Source of the DNA: Candidatus Latescibacterota bacterium
Lineage (GTDB): Bacteria; Krumholzibacteriota; Krumholzibacteriia; WVZY01
Direction: 5' to 3'
NCBI GenBank assembly: GCA_963791045.1
Contig: CAWBQK010000010.1
Location: 32,001 to 96,000 of the forward strand
Length of the DNA stretch: 64,000 nucleotides
Under the pieces are notes generated by a model. That model made no database searches, was not told the DNA's origin, and saw only the letters and a program-made list of their open reading frames with translations. Made by a program: the position numbers and the translations under genes. Positions within the stretch are counted from its first letter, which is position 1. The number at the start of each line of letters is the position of its first letter. Positions 61,973 to 64,000 of the stretch are shown in pieces.

Positions 61973-63454
61973 CTACTTGTTGGGAATCACCGGTACATAC
62001 TGTGACGTTCGTTCTCTTTTGATCAGGAAAGCAATTGGTTCCGTCCGGTCTTTCAACTTCTCGGAGATATCGACGTAGTCTTTCAAGTTCTCCACCTTCC
62101 GAGAATAAACTTCCGTTATCACATCGCCTTCCTGAATCCCCGCACGACCCGCCGGACTTCCCTCCTCAACCCCGATAACCTTGACGCCGTTTTCTTCGTT
62201 GCTTCCGACGTCGTCCACGCTCAGTCCGAGCCAGCTTTCCTGCCGCTGCGGAGCCGCGGCCAGCACATTGTCCCTTGGTCTCTCTGTCAGTATGATGCTC
62301 AATTCTTCGCGTTCGCCGTCACGGACAACGACGACCGGGACACTGGTGCCTACTTCTGTGTTACCGACCATTAGTCGGAACCTGTCGTCATCCCTTACAG
62401 AATTTTTGTTGTATTCCACAATAACGTCATTTTTCTTAAGCCCCGCCTTCTCGGCCGGCGTATCCGGGAGTACCTCGGTCACGAGGATTCCCGCTTCGAC
62501 ATCAAGATTGAGCCCCTGTGCGAGGGTCTTGTTGAGCTCCTGGAGACGGATGCCCATAAACCCATATTGCACATGGCCGTTCGCGATCAGCTGCCGGCTG
62601 ATGTTCTTGGCCATATCGATGGGAATCGCGAACCCGATCCCCTGTCCGGATGCGTTGATCGCCGTGTTGATCCCGATCGCCTCACCCTTGAGATTGACCA
62701 GCGGGCCGCCGCTGTTTCCGAAGTTGATCGACGCGTCGGTCTGGATGAAATCCTGATACAGGTTGGCATTGCCGCCCATAATATACAGGTCCGTCCGGCC
62801 CTTAGCGCTTATAACACCGACAGTTACCGATCCGGACAGCTGCCCGAACGGTGTCCCGATCGCCATAACCCAGTCTCCGACACGCATTTCGCTGGAGTCG
62901 CCAAGCGGTATAACCGGCAATTCCCCGTCGGCGTCGATCTGGATAACTGCGATATCCGTAAAGGCATCGAATCCAACAACTTCGGCCTTGTATTCGATTT
63001 CATCCGGAGCATAACCCAGAACGACTGTGATCTCATCGGCATCGCGGATGACATGATAGTTGGTCAGGATCCGCCCTTCGTCATCGATGATGAATCCCGA
63101 ACCGCCGCCGGGTACCCGGCGAGGGTGATCTTCGGGAAGGTTTTCGCGGAAGAAATCAAACGGTCCGAATCCCTCGCGCTGCTCGTCCCCGCTGATCTCG
63201 CGCTCGGTCTTTATGTAAACGACACCCGGTGTCACAACCTCGGCCACATCCGCAAATGTGGAGTGAAACTGCCCCGGAGCGGGTAACGCCGAACGCTGGA
63301 CAGTAGCCTCGGCCTGGACAGACGCCGGATCCATATCAGTCGTCAGTATCAGACTCGCCATAAACCCAGCGAGAAACACGGCCGTGCCCAACAAAAACAC
63401 CCTGAGCGAGCGGCGCAACGACGTCATTAGCGGTCTCACGACAAACCTTTCCAT
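61973..63454 (-). CDS. HtrA/DegP (Do family) serine protease with two PDZ domains
   Basis: GSGFII, TNYHV, DIAV, QTDASINFGNSGGPL; two PDZ domains. Confidence 0.95.
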   Translation of the reverse strand: MERFVVRPLMTSLRRSLRVFLLGTAVFLAGFMASLILTTDMDPASVQAEATVQRSALPAPGQFHSTFADVAEVVTPGVVYIKTEREISGDEQREGFGPFDFFRENLPEDHPRRVPGGGSGFIIDDEGRILTNYHVIRDADEITVVLGYAPDEIEYKAEVVGFDAFTDIAVIQIDADGELPVIPLGDSSEMRVGDWVMAIGTPFGQLSGSVTVGVISAKGRTDLYIMGGNANLYQDFIQTDASINFGNSGGPLVNLKGEAIGINTAINASGQGIGFAIPIDMAKNISRQLIANGHVQYGFMGIRLQELNKTLAQGLNLDVEAGILVTEVLPDTPAEKAGLKKNDVIVEYNKNSVRDDDRFRLMVGNTEVGTSVPVVVVRDGEREELSIILTERPRDNVLAAAPQRQESWLGLSVDDVGSNEENGVKVIGVEEGSPAGRAGIQEGDVITEVYSRKVENLKDYVDISEKLKDRTEPIAFLIKRERTSQYVPVIPNK

Positions 63455-63584
63455 ATTTTGGAACTTCCTTAGACGTATACAAACGAATAGGTTGGGGGAG
63501 CCGTGGGGGGCGAAACTATTCGTTTCATCCCGGATTCAGAGGTCTGTCCTGCAGATTTCGGAGCTAAGTGAACCTTCCATAAGA

Positions 63585-63613
63585 ATTTTAGCCCAGATTC
63601 CGAAACCTGTCAA
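63585..63613 (-). promoter_or_regulatory. Sigma-70 promoter (proximal) for htrA-sigA
   Basis: TTGACA-17 bp-TAAAAT. Confidence 0.6.
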
Positions 63614-63696
63614 GCTCCCGTAACTAATTTACTATGCTTAGGTTATTTCTATGCGGGGCGAGATGAGCTGTTCACGCAAGAAGGATTTAGCAAAAC

Positions 63697-63725
63697 AGGA
63701 TACCAATTGCGCAATACCGTGTCAA
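63697..63725 (-). promoter_or_regulatory. Sigma-70 promoter (distal) for htrA-sigA, with a palindrome in the spacer
   Basis: TTGACA-17 bp-TATCCT with TG extension; ATTGCGCAAT at 63706-63715. Confidence 0.55.
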
Positions 63726-63806
63726 GTCCGATCTATCTCAATCGCCCCAATTTCTTTACCCACTTGTTATACGATATGCCCCTCCCAGGGTTCCGGAAAT
63801 TGCGTC

Positions 63807-63834
63807 TTGCAGCCAGAAATAGAATTGGTACAAT
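63807..63834 (+). promoter_or_regulatory. Putative divergent promoter
   Basis: TTGCAG-16 bp-TACAAT with TG extension on the plus strand. Confidence 0.45.
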
Positions 63835-63935
63835 GGGATGCAGTATTTCTACAGGCTGGGGCAGCGTTTATTCAATCCAATCTGAACCCCACCCGGCAGG
63901 GGTCTGGCGAGGGCGGCCACACCGTCGAGACAACG

Positions 63936-64000
63936 ATGACAGAAACGTATAAAAAGATAGCGGCCAGCGAAGTGTTTTTTGTCGCTGACAGCCACTTCAG
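63936..64000 (+). CDS. Start of a metallophosphoesterase (possibly LpxH-like), truncated by the window edge
   Basis: MTETYKKIAASEVFFVADSHF: hydrophobic strand followed by the DxH motif of calcineurin-like phosphoesterases. Confidence 0.5.
   Translation, partial: MTETYKKIAASEVFFVADSHF

Noticed and set aside
1-64000. CRISPR array, tRNA/rRNA, prophage or integrase
   Set aside because: No regularly spaced repeats, tRNA T-loop/cloverleaf, or phage/integrase motifs were recognised by eye. A tRNAscan/Infernal run would be needed to exclude small RNAs fully.

Overview
GC-rich bacterial chromosomal window with almost all genes on the minus strand. Gene content (FlgD-Ig/T9SS-like C-terminal sorting domains, PorV/PorQ-like barrels, a short Bacteroidota-type SigA) suggests an FCB-superphylum lineage such as Krumholzibacteriota, Latescibacterota or Eisenbacteria; this is inference. 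The right part (40-64 kb) is housekeeping: htrA, sigma-70, M23 peptidase, amiC-like amidase, cdaR-like, PTS IIA, vanZ, hisS, aspS, phoH, 7TM-HD, ybeY, CNNM/CorC, DUF502, mgtE, recO, glyQ, glyS. The left part (1-40 kb) is a cell-envelope/secretion region with three blocks. (i) A ~3,400-aa invasin/Ig-repeat surface protein with a sorting CTD, coupled to a PorV-like barrel-TPR protein and to an all-in-one partner-switching regulator (anti-sigma kinase-TM-HAMP-PP2C-HTH-STAS). (ii) A ppdK-led, tightly coupled operon ending in CBM48 lipoproteins, two related beta-barrels, a second PorV-like barrel and a CBM9-like CTD protein, which may be a non-SusCD alpha-glucan surface machine. (iii) A block of paralogous large lipoproteins and CTD proteins between glyS and ppdK. 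Many single-base frameshifts, including one in essential glyS, point to long-read indel errors, so pseudogene calls are uncertain. No rRNA, tRNA, CRISPR array or intact mobile element was recognised.
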